A DNA stretch of 64,000 nt from contig CALXHS010000027.1 in assembly GCA_944388165.1 (NCBI GenBank), forward strand, positions 7,957 to 71,956, given 5' to 3'. The notes beneath the pieces are model-generated. The model was not told the origin of the DNA and ran no database searches. It saw only the letters and a program-made list of their open reading frames with translations. Of this stretch, positions 1 to 7,548 are shown piece after piece. The position numbers were made by a program, and so were the translations under genes. Every line of letters begins with the position of its first letter. Position 1 is the first letter of the stretch. The stretch comes from an uncultured Gemmiger sp. (GTDB lineage: Bacteria; Bacillota; Clostridia; Oscillospirales; Ruminococcaceae).

Positions 1-343
1 TGTAGGGCGCACGCTTGGAAGGAAAGTCGCCGCCCTCCCAGGTGGTGTGCAGCCACACCACCGGCTTGGCGGGAAGCATCTCTTCCCGCTGGGGCAGAAG
101 GACGTCGGCGTAATCATCAAATTTGGTCAGAGGCACCATGGTGCGGAACTCTTCCACGTTACGGGGCACCCCGTTCCTGAACAGCCGCTGCCCCAACGGA
201 CAGGCGGCCATCAGCTCCACCTGCTCCATGACCAGGCGCTTCTGGATCTGCATGTATTCCGGCAGACTCAGGTCCAGAAAACCGCAGTATTCCTGCCAGA
301 CCTCGGCGGCCGGGCATTGTTTCAGTTTTTCCTCAAAGGTCAT
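1..343 (-). CDS. GH3-family (acyl-acid amido synthetase-like) protein, N-terminal part; gene runs off the window start
   Basis: Reverse frame is open from the ATG at 343-341 to base 1; it is absent from the ORF track because there is no stop in the window. My translation is MTFEEKLKQCPAAEVWQEYCGFLDLSLPEYMQIQKRLVMEQVELMAACPLGQRLF...VPLTKFDDYADVLLPQREEMLPAKPVVWLHTTWEGG. RBS AAAGGGA lies upstream. Family call is from memory of bacterial GH3 N-termini. Confidence 0.5.
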   Translation of the reverse strand, partial: MTFEEKLKQCPAAEVWQEYCGFLDLSLPEYMQIQKRLVMEQVELMAACPLGQRLFRNGVPRNVEEFRTMVPLTKFDDYADVLLPQREEMLPAKPVVWLHTTWEGGDFPSKRAPY

Positions 344-372
344 GGTCGGACATCCCTTTTCCAGTTTCTTTT

Positions 373-966
373 TTACTTCGGGGTGCGCAGGGTGTGCAGG
401 CAGCGGCGCAGGCTGCCGGGTGTGGGGATAAACCGGGGCGTGGCGGCACGGTAGGCCGTGTACCCCCGGATGCTGCGGGGAAAGACGGTTTCCCCCTGCC
501 AGGCGGCATAGGCGGCGTCCAGCAGGGTGAAAAGCACAAAGGCAAGACCCAGGGCCCAGCCGCCCAGGGCGCCCCACAGGCAGGCGTAAAACCCGCCCAG
601 GAACAGAACCCCGGGGTGGCGGCACAGGGCGAACACGCCGGTGTCCACCAGGGGCCGCAGTTCATCTTTTTGGGCGGTGGCGGCGCTGCTGCCGCCCGCC
701 GGCAAAGCAAAAAACAGGGTATAGATCAGAAGCAGAAGCATGAGGGCACTGCCCGCGAACCAGAACAGCGAACCCGGTCCCGGCGGCGCGGTGCGCCAGC
801 GGCGGACCAGCAGGGCGGCGGTGGCGGCGATGAGCAGCGCCCCGCCCAGGGGAAAGAGCAGCCCCGCGCCCCGGCGGCCCCGGAGCACCTGCCCGTAGTC
901 GGACAGGACCATCAGCCCGAAGGCCAGGGCGCCCAGCCCCAGCCACACAAAATCCGGGGCGGTCAT
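373..966 (-). CDS. Polytopic membrane methyltransferase-like protein (isoprenylcysteine carboxyl / phospholipid methyltransferase family)
   Basis: 197-aa ORF with several hydrophobic segments. C-terminal motif LCRHPGVLFLGG resembles the RHP(x)Y motif of ICMT/PEMT-type enzymes. Its start overlaps the DegV stop (ATGA at 963-966). Confidence 0.5.
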   Translation of the reverse strand: MTAPDFVWLGLGALAFGLMVLSDYGQVLRGRRGAGLLFPLGGALLIAATAALLVRRWRTAPPGPGSLFWFAGSALMLLLLIYTLFFALPAGGSSAATAQKDELRPLVDTGVFALCRHPGVLFLGGFYACLWGALGGWALGLAFVLFTLLDAAYAAWQGETVFPRSIRGYTAYRAATPRFIPTPGSLRRCLHTLRTPK

Positions 967-1817
967 TTCTGCAGGAAGGCCAGGCCCAGACAGCCCGCCC
1001 CGGTGTAGATGCCGATGACGGCCCCCACCCAGCCGATGGTGATTTTTGCGGCGGGGTCGATGGCCAGGATACGCCCGGCCACCTGCTGGGCCAGTTCTTC
1101 CCGGTCGGCGTGGAAGAGATAGACCTCCCCGCCGTAGACGGCTTTTTCCCGGTAGAGGTCCACCACCCGGTCCACGGCGCGGTCAAAGCCGCGCACGATG
1201 CCGATATCGCTGACCAGACCGTCCCGGAAGACCAGAATGGGCTTGACCTTGAGCAGGTCGGCGGCCAGTACCCGGATGGCCCCGGCGCGGCCGCCCTTGC
1301 GGGCGTTGGCCAGGGATTCCATGGCGAAATAGACCCCCACGTGGGGACGCAGTTCCTCCAGCTTTTCCACGATCCGGGCGGCGGTCAGGCCCTGGGCCGC
1401 CAGGCGGGCGGCTTCCTTGACCAGAACGGCCAAACCGTAGGAGACCTGCTGGGAATCATAGACGGTGACGGGGGTGGAAAAGCCCTGCTCTTCCAGCAGC
1501 TTTACGGTGCTGCGGGCGGTGTTGCAGGAACCGGACATCTTGCTGGTCAGGCTGATATACAGCAGTTCGGTACAGCCCGGCACGGCGGCCGCCACGCGGA
1601 AAGCCTGCATGAACTGGTCCAGATTGGGGTGGGCGGTTTTGGGCAGCTCCGCACAATCGGCCAGGCGATGGTAGAGGGTGGGCGGATCGATCTCGATATT
1701 GTTGCGGTACTGCTCCGTGGGGCTGAACGCGATAAAATCAGAGATGATGGTAATGCCCAGTTCTTTGGCCTGCTGCGAGGTGAGATCGCAGGCAGAATTG
1801 GTCAAAATATGTACCAT
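963..1817 (-). CDS. DegV family fatty-acid-binding protein
   Basis: The track ORF 963..2114 is over-extended. The internal ATG at 1817 (MVHILTNSACDLTSQQAKELGITII...) follows RBS AAGGAG and gives 284 aa with typical DegV length and N-terminus. Confidence 0.8.
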   Translation of the reverse strand: MVHILTNSACDLTSQQAKELGITIISDFIAFSPTEQYRNNIEIDPPTLYHRLADCAELPKTAHPNLDQFMQAFRVAAAVPGCTELLYISLTSKMSGSCNTARSTVKLLEEQGFSTPVTVYDSQQVSYGLAVLVKEAARLAAQGLTAARIVEKLEELRPHVGVYFAMESLANARKGGRAGAIRVLAADLLKVKPILVFRDGLVSDIGIVRGFDRAVDRVVDLYREKAVYGGEVYLFHADREELAQQVAGRILAIDPAAKITIGWVGAVIGIYTGAGCLGLAFLQK

Positions 1818-2224
1818 CCACCACAACTCCTTTATCTTGATAAAAAACAGGAATGCTTGCTTTTCGGGACGATAAACAGGCATTTTTTGTCTGCCGAAAG
1901 GGCAGACGGGATCTACTCTATTATGCACGCGGAAGCGGGAAGTTGTCAAGAACTGTGCGGTGGGGCAAAGACCGGGAAATCGGCCTGCAAGGGCACTATT
2001 GATAGGCGTGTGCGCGCAAGAAATTGTGCCTTTGACCCCGGGAAAGACCCACTCCCCGGTCAATTTGCACAAGGGGGCGGGGCAAAGGGGGTGGTCTGGG
2101 CGTCTGAACGCCAAAAAATAGATCTAAATCAATTTGGCAAGGCAAGATGCGTGCCCTGCCTTGCCCACCGTCCGGGTTTGTGTTATCATGGGAGAAATAT
2201 TCCGGACAAAGAGGTGTCTGACTG

Positions 2225-2773
2225 ATGGAACTGAAAAATCCGAAGGCGCGGCGGGTAATGGCCGCGGGCTGTGTGTGCGGGCTGCTGGGCAGCCTGGCCC
2301 TGCCCTGGAACCTGGTAAGCTGCGTGCTGTTTGCGCTGTCTTCGGCGGTGCTGGCGGCAGGCTGCCTGATGCTGCGGAGCGTGGGCGCCGGGTATCTGCG
2401 GGCAGCCAAGCCTGCGGTGGCGGGGGCGGTGGCCTTCGCCCTGGGGACCGTTCTGGACGGGGGCAGCCTGTTCCAGATGCTGGTGGTGGCCGGTGCGGCC
2501 CTTTTGTACTTTGTGGTGGCCTACTACGCCGACGCGGTGATGGAAGAGACCGGGACCAAGGTGTCCCGGGGCGGCGCGCCCCGCCCGCCCAAGGCGGCCA
2601 TCCGGTTTGAATATGCCGCCGGTATGTTCGTGCTGGCCCTGCTGGTGGGGGAGATGCTGCCCGCCATCGTGAACTTTGCCAAGGTGGTGGCCATGATCTC
2701 CATGGGCGTGGGCTTTGTGCAGCTGGCACAGTTCATGCTCAGCGGTCCCCGCAAGGAGGACAACGCCGGGTAA
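2225..2773 (+). CDS. Hypothetical integral membrane protein
   Basis: 182-aa ORF with about five hydrophobic helices. TTGCCC-17-TATCAT promoter-like element just upstream. No recognisable family. Confidence 0.5.
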   Translation: MELKNPKARRVMAAGCVCGLLGSLALPWNLVSCVLFALSSAVLAAGCLMLRSVGAGYLRAAKPAVAGAVAFALGTVLDGGSLFQMLVVAGAALLYFVVAYYADAVMEETGTKVSRGGAPRPPKAAIRFEYAAGMFVLALLVGEMLPAIVNFAKVVAMISMGVGFVQLAQFMLSGPRKEDNAG

Positions 2774-2844
2774 GCCGGAAACAGAAAAATCAAAACGGAC
2801 CCCTTCGGAATGCCTGTGCGGCTTCCGAGGGGGTCCGTTGTCGT

Positions 2845-4896
2845 TTATTCGTCCAGGTCAAAGTCCCCGGGCAAAAGCAGGTCCAGGGGCGCGCCGGGGT
2901 CCGCCACCAGGCGGCGGGACTGGTTCAGGATGGCCCGTTCCAACGCGTTGCGGGCCATGCGGCCGTTGCCTGCCTTGGCGGCATCCTCCGCCTGACGGCG
3001 GGCAAACCAGGTCTTGAGGGGCATGGCGCATCCTTCATCCAGGCGGTAGCCCTTGGAGGCGGCCAGGCTGCCCAGAATGGCCCACAGCTCGTCGGCGGTG
3101 TAGTCAGGAAATTCGATCTGGTTGGGGAAGCGGCTGGCCAGGCCGGAGTTGGCGGCCAGGAAGGTCTGCATCTCATGGGTGTAGCCCGCCAGGATCACCA
3201 CCAGGTCGTTGCGGTGGTCCTCGATGCCTTTCACCAGGGTGTCGATGGCTTCCAGGCCGAAGCTGTCCTCACCGCCCCGGTAGAGGCTGTAGGCTTCGTC
3301 GATGAAGAGCACGCCGCCCAAGGCGCTGCTGATGACCTGATTGGTCAGGGGGGCGGTGTGGCCCACATACCGGCCCACCAGGTCGGCCCGGCCCACCTCC
3401 ACCAGCTGGCCGCCCCGCAAAGCGCCGATGGCTTTCAGGTACTTGGCCAGGATGCGGGCGATGGTGGTCTTGCCGGTGCCGGGGTTGCCGGTAAAGATCA
3501 TATGCATGTTGATGTCCGCCACCGGCATGCCCTGGGCCTTGCGCCGCTGCTGGGCCTGCACGTTTTTGGCGATGTCCCGCACAAAAGTCTTGACTTCATC
3601 CAGGCCCACGATGCGGTCCAGTTCCGCCTCTACGGCTTCCACATCCCCGCGGTACTGCTGGGGCAGCAGAGCCAGCAGGTCGAAGGCTTCGCCCCCGTTC
3701 ACCGCGGCAAAGACCCGGCCTTCCCGCACCGTCAGCACGGCAGGGGTGCCCTCAGCGGGGTTGGCGTCGGAAGAAAGGACGTATTCCGCCAGAGCGCGGA
3801 AGAGCAGGTCGGCAAATTCCCGCATGGAGGTCATGCCGCCCCGCTTGCCGTACTGGGCGGCCAGGTAATCCCGCATATCCGCCCCCATGGAGAGGGTCAG
3901 TCCGCACCGGGTCTTGGCCTTCTGGGCCAGGAAATTCAGTTCCCGGGCGGCGATGGCGGCCAGACTTTCGGGGGTGAAGGGGTCGGTGCGGCAGATATCC
4001 CCGGCCAGGGCGTCCACGAACCGGGCGCCGAACCGGTCGGCCAGGGCGGCCTCGTCCTTCTCGGAGAAAAAGACGAAATACTTGCCCCCGGCGTTCAGTT
4101 CACCCACCGCGCCGGGCGCCAGGGCGGTGCCCACATCCACCAGGATGCCCCGCTGCAGCACATACCGGCTGGTCAGGGCCAGGGTTCCGTCCATGGCCAG
4201 GTCGGCCAGCATGTTCAGATAGGAGGAGGCGCAGGCTTCGTAGTGGTCAAAGGCCAGCACCTCGGCAGGGGATTGCAAAGCCGCGTACAGGTCCTGCAGA
4301 AACAGCTTTTCCTGGGCGGGACCGGGGTAGAGGGAAAGGTCCATGGTCTCGATGTCGGGGTTTTTCAAAAGTCCCCGGTCGGCCATTTTCCGCACCACAC
4401 ACCGCAGGGTGTAGTGGCGGCCTGTGCCTTCCGGCCCGCAGAGGAGCATGGGGCCCCGGGCGCGCTGGGCGTCGTCGGTGCCCATGACGAAAGGGCGGCG
4501 GAAGGCCTTGACCACATCCGCCACAAAGGCGTCCTGGCCCAGCACCTCGGTGCGCACCTCGGCGGCCAGACCCTGGAACCCGGCGCCCCGGGTGGGGGCG
4601 GGAGCCGGAGTCGGCTGGGCGTTGTTCTGCAAAAGGCCGTCGCTGCGCAGGTTGCGGGTCAGCTCGCTGCTCATGCGGCGGACGTTCTCGGCGGTGGAAG
4701 CCGCGGCTTTGTCCACCGCGTCCAACGCGTCGGCGGCAGCCCGGCTGCGTTTGTTCCCGGCGGCCAGGGCGTCCAGCTGGGCCTGCATGTCGGCCAGGCT
4801 GGCAGCGGCCGCATCGGCCTGTTCCTTGTCCGGGCGGGAGCGGCCGTTGCCCATCAGACCACGAACCCAGGCGTCGTATCCGTCCTCAATGCTCAT
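2845..4896 (-). CDS. Tandem AAA+ ATPase (SpoVK/CbxX-like); first module degenerate, second intact
   Basis: Intact Walker A FTGNPGTGKTTIARILAKY and Walker B VLFIDEAYSL in the C-terminal half. Upstream module has a degenerate P-loop, LLCGPEGTGRHYT. Start set at MSIEDG (ATG 4896), preceded by GAGGAGG; it overlaps the upstream gene's stop by 11 nt. Confidence 0.8.
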   Translation of the reverse strand: MSIEDGYDAWVRGLMGNGRSRPDKEQADAAAASLADMQAQLDALAAGNKRSRAAADALDAVDKAAASTAENVRRMSSELTRNLRSDGLLQNNAQPTPAPAPTRGAGFQGLAAEVRTEVLGQDAFVADVVKAFRRPFVMGTDDAQRARGPMLLCGPEGTGRHYTLRCVVRKMADRGLLKNPDIETMDLSLYPGPAQEKLFLQDLYAALQSPAEVLAFDHYEACASSYLNMLADLAMDGTLALTSRYVLQRGILVDVGTALAPGAVGELNAGGKYFVFFSEKDEAALADRFGARFVDALAGDICRTDPFTPESLAAIAARELNFLAQKAKTRCGLTLSMGADMRDYLAAQYGKRGGMTSMREFADLLFRALAEYVLSSDANPAEGTPAVLTVREGRVFAAVNGGEAFDLLALLPQQYRGDVEAVEAELDRIVGLDEVKTFVRDIAKNVQAQQRRKAQGMPVADINMHMIFTGNPGTGKTTIARILAKYLKAIGALRGGQLVEVGRADLVGRYVGHTAPLTNQVISSALGGVLFIDEAYSLYRGGEDSFGLEAIDTLVKGIEDHRNDLVVILAGYTHEMQTFLAANSGLASRFPNQIEFPDYTADELWAILGSLAASKGYRLDEGCAMPLKTWFARRQAEDAAKAGNGRMARNALERAILNQSRRLVADPGAPLDLLLPGDFDLDE

Positions 4897-5989
4897 GGGA
4901 TTCCTCCTCACTGCGCGGTGCGCTCTTGACGGTGATGCGGTAGAAATTCTTCACGCTGCAGCCGGCGCGGCCGCCGCCCGCACAGGCGCAGGCACACGCA
5001 CAGCTGGAAACACAGGCGCAGGCACAGCCTCCGCCGCTGCCACGGCCCGCGCCGCCGCCCCGGAAGGACCCGCCCCCCGCGCGGAAAGAAGGCGGGGGCG
5101 TGGTGGGACGGTAGCCCTGGGGCGGCACTGCCCCGGGAGCCAGGTGGATGGTGCGGATGCCGTTGGTGTACCAGCGGCGGTCATTGCGGCCAAAGCCGCC
5201 CCGCCACCGGGGCCGCACGGCGATATCCCAATAGATGGCAAACCCCACAAAGCCGAAGAAGAGCAGCATCATCAGGGCGACAGCCAGGTCGTCGTCGCCG
5301 CTGCCTTCGGAAGGCAGCATCTCGGTGGACGGGTCATACACGGCGGTGACCTCGGCGGGCACCTGCACCCGCACGGTGGCCTTCTCCCCGTGGTCCATGG
5401 GGCCGAAGGTCCAGACATAGTAGCCGTCTTCCAAAGTCTCGGTGTCGGCGGACATGCCTTCAGAGGCCTTCCAGCGGATGGTCAGTTCCTGCACTTCCAG
5501 GTCGTCAAACCAGCCGGGGGTGAACAGATAGGTGGCGGTGCCGTCATCAGACAGAGTGTACAGATGGCTCTGGTGCACCCGGAAAGAGAACTGCACCTGG
5601 CTTTGCTGCCCTGTCTGGGCGGCGTAGTCCGGGGCGTAATAACGCCGCACAAAGGTGATGCGGGCGAAGGTGTTGCCGTCCTCCGTCTGAGAGCGCACAC
5701 CGGAAACGGTGTCCGGGGTCAGGTTCTCGAAGCTGTCCACCTGGTCGTTGGCCAGGCCGATCTTCACCCAGGAAAGGGGTTCGTCGGCGCTGCCGCCGAT
5801 GACCTCCCAGTCGATGTCATAGGTGATGTCGGCGCTGCCATCCTCCCGGGGATCCACGGTGACAACATAGGAATTGATGCGGTCCAGGTCGCCGCTGTCT
5901 GCCAGGGCGGCGGGGGCAGCCAGCAGGGCCAGCAGCGCCACCGCCAGCAGGGCGGTCAGGCGGCGGGCCCGGAAAATCAGATGTTTCAT
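4886..5989 (-). CDS. Single-pass membrane protein: signal peptide, DUF2207-like ectodomain, TM helix, cytoplasmic Gly-rich and Cys-Ala repeat tail
   Basis: The track ORF 4886..6469 is over-extended; start taken at MKHLIFRARRLTALLAVALLALLAAPAALA (ATG 5989). Ectodomain begins INSYVVTVDPREDGSADITYDIDWEV. TM helix is LAVALMMLLFFGFVGFAIYW. Tail is GGGSFRGGGAGRGSGGGCACACVSSCACACACAGGGRAGCS. ATGA overlap with the radical SAM gene stop. Confidence 0.65.
   Translation of the reverse strand: MKHLIFRARRLTALLAVALLALLAAPAALADSGDLDRINSYVVTVDPREDGSADITYDIDWEVIGGSADEPLSWVKIGLANDQVDSFENLTPDTVSGVRSQTEDGNTFARITFVRRYYAPDYAAQTGQQSQVQFSFRVHQSHLYTLSDDGTATYLFTPGWFDDLEVQELTIRWKASEGMSADTETLEDGYYVWTFGPMDHGEKATVRVQVPAEVTAVYDPSTEMLPSEGSGDDDLAVALMMLLFFGFVGFAIYWDIAVRPRWRGGFGRNDRRWYTNGIRTIHLAPGAVPPQGYRPTTPPPSFRAGGGSFRGGGAGRGSGGGCACACVSSCACACACAGGGRAGCSVKNFYRITVKSAPRSEEESHEH
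4958..5026 (-). other. Coding segment for the Cys-Ala repeat (8 Cys in 23 residues) in the cytoplasmic tail
   Basis: Codons for CACACVSSCACACACAGGGRAGC counted back from the stop at 4886. The plus strand reads as gca/aca/ggc repeats. Confidence 0.8.
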
Positions 5990-7374
5990 GGGGTGTCCTC
6001 CTGCAAGGGGGTCTCGCCCAGGGGGCAGGTGTGCAGCATCTTGGCGCTCTGGCGGCGGATGTTGCGGCAGGGGGCGGCGTTCCAGATGCGCCGCCAGGGC
6101 TGGTGCAGGATGTTGCCCAGACCCGGGCCGCACAGCCAGCTCTGGCAGGGCAGCACGGTGCCGTCCGGCGCAATGGCCATGTTGGAGAGGCAGGCCCCGC
6201 AGCTGGGCACCTGGGTGAAGCCCAGTTCCCGCAAAGTCCCGTCCTTCAGCCAGCCGGGGCTGGTAAAGTCCAGTTCCATGCCGTGGGCATCCGCAAAGGC
6301 CCGGGCCTGCCGCAAAGTCTCGGTGAGCTGGGCGGTGGTCAGGCGGGTGCCCCGGCTTTCGGGGGTCTGGGCGCTGCCCGCGGGGATGAGCCCGCTGCAG
6401 GTGGCGTACCGGATGCCCAGTTCGTGGGCCAGGGCCAGGGTGGCGGCATAGTCCTTGTTCAGGCTGCACAGGGGGGTGTTGATGCTCACATTCAGCCCGG
6501 CGGCCAAGGCGTTGCGGATGCCGGCGATGGTGTCGGCGTAGCCGGGGGCTCCCACCAGGGTGTTGTGGATGGATTCTTCCGCCGAATACAGGGTGACCTG
6601 CACGCTGTCCAGGCTGGCTTCGTGAAGATCATGGCACAAAGCGCTGGTGAGCATGCGGCCGTTGGTGTTCAGCCGGGTGACGAACCACTGGGCGGCGTCC
6701 ACCAGCTTCACCAGGTCGTGGCGCAGGGTGGGTTCGCCCCCGGTGAAGGTCAGCTGGGGGATGCCCGCGGTGCGGCATTTCTGGATGACGGCCAGCCACT
6801 GGTCGGTGTCCAGCTCCTCGGTCTCGCCGTAGGGCTGGCGGGCGGCGTAGCAGTGCAGGCATTTCTGGTTGCAGTGCCAGGCGCCGTCCTTGACCATGGC
6901 GCTGATGAGCAGGTCCATGCGGTGGGGGGCCGCCATGTGGCGGGCATAGGCCCCCAGGTCCATGGGCTGGACTTCCGCTTCGGGCGTTTCGCCCCGGGCA
7001 ATGGCAAACAGGGAGTCCAGCATGGATCGCAGGTCGGCGGCGATCTGTTCCGGCGGGGTGCGCTTGTAGACGGCGGCGGTGGCCTTCACCGCGTCGTCGG
7101 CGGCCTGCTGCCATTCCTCCTCCCCAATCTGGCTGCCCTCATAGGGGCGCAGGGCTTCCATGAGGTTTGCAAGAAGAATGGCCCAGGAAACGCTCAGGGG
7201 CAGGATGTCCCGCCCGTTGAGGATGGCCACAAAAGGCACGTCGGTGTGCTGGTGGCGGCTGGGCACCAGATGGATGCGCACCGCACCGGGACCATCGGGG
7301 TCCAGGGTGACGTGGCAGACGCCGTCCAGGTGACGGCGGAGAAACTGGGTCTCGGCCCGGCTCAAAAGCGGCAT
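5986..7374 (-). CDS. Radical SAM enzyme with C-terminal SPASM-type auxiliary cluster domain and about 150-aa N-terminal extension
   Basis: CxxxCxxC motif CNQKCLHCYA. GGEPTL SAM-binding motif (FTGGEPTLRHD). C-terminal Cys cluster CGACLSNMAIAPDGTVLPCQSWLC...CRNIRR...HTCP. RBS AGGAGGG before ATG 7374. Confidence 0.85.
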   Translation of the reverse strand: MPLLSRAETQFLRRHLDGVCHVTLDPDGPGAVRIHLVPSRHQHTDVPFVAILNGRDILPLSVSWAILLANLMEALRPYEGSQIGEEEWQQAADDAVKATAAVYKRTPPEQIAADLRSMLDSLFAIARGETPEAEVQPMDLGAYARHMAAPHRMDLLISAMVKDGAWHCNQKCLHCYAARQPYGETEELDTDQWLAVIQKCRTAGIPQLTFTGGEPTLRHDLVKLVDAAQWFVTRLNTNGRMLTSALCHDLHEASLDSVQVTLYSAEESIHNTLVGAPGYADTIAGIRNALAAGLNVSINTPLCSLNKDYAATLALAHELGIRYATCSGLIPAGSAQTPESRGTRLTTAQLTETLRQARAFADAHGMELDFTSPGWLKDGTLRELGFTQVPSCGACLSNMAIAPDGTVLPCQSWLCGPGLGNILHQPWRRIWNAAPCRNIRRQSAKMLHTCPLGETPLQEDTP

Positions 7375-7495
7375 GAGATACCCTCCTGTATGATATTCAA
7401 AAGGTGGGCGGACCGCGGCGGCACGCCCGGAAAAATCAAGGTTGCAGTATGAGGCTTATTATATCACACAACCGTGGCCAGAACAAGGCAACTGC

Positions 7496-7536
7496 CCAAC
7501 AAACAAAAACACCCGCCCGCGGTGTGCGGACGGGTG
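7496..7536 (-). terminator. Rho-independent terminator downstream of prfC
   Basis: Reverse strand reads CACCCGTCCGC-loop-GCGGGCGGGTG followed by TTTTTGTTTGTT. Confidence 0.7.
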
Positions 7537-7548
7537 CAAAGGCTGTGA

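Noticed and set aside
1889-1907. The GGCAGAC/GTCTGCC hairpin arms recur at 1889-1907, 30092-30109 and 30145-30155, which could indicate a REP-like family
   Set aside because: Only 7-mers are shared and the arm order differs between copies. At this window size such matches are expected by chance. Genome-wide counting is needed before calling a repeat family.
4950-5045. gca/aca/ggc-rich nucleotide repeat that looks like a microsatellite or short repeat array
   Set aside because: It is in frame within the 4886..5989 reverse-strand CDS and simply encodes the Gly and Cys-Ala tail. It has no spacer-repeat organisation, so it is not a CRISPR array or an independent repeat element.
3175-6451. Forward-strand ORFs 3175..4929 and 4424..6451 overlapping the AAA+ and Cys-tail genes
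   Set aside because: The opposite strand carries intact Walker motifs, a signal peptide and coupled starts. The forward frames lack RBSs and are low complexity.
7375-7548. Search for a small SCIFF/ranthipeptide-type precursor ORF upstream of the radical SAM gene
   Set aside because: The 174-bp upstream gap contains only a TTGTTC-17-TATAAT promoter, the RBS and the prfC terminator. It has no short Cys-rich ORF with an RBS. This is why the downstream Cys-tail protein is proposed as the substrate.
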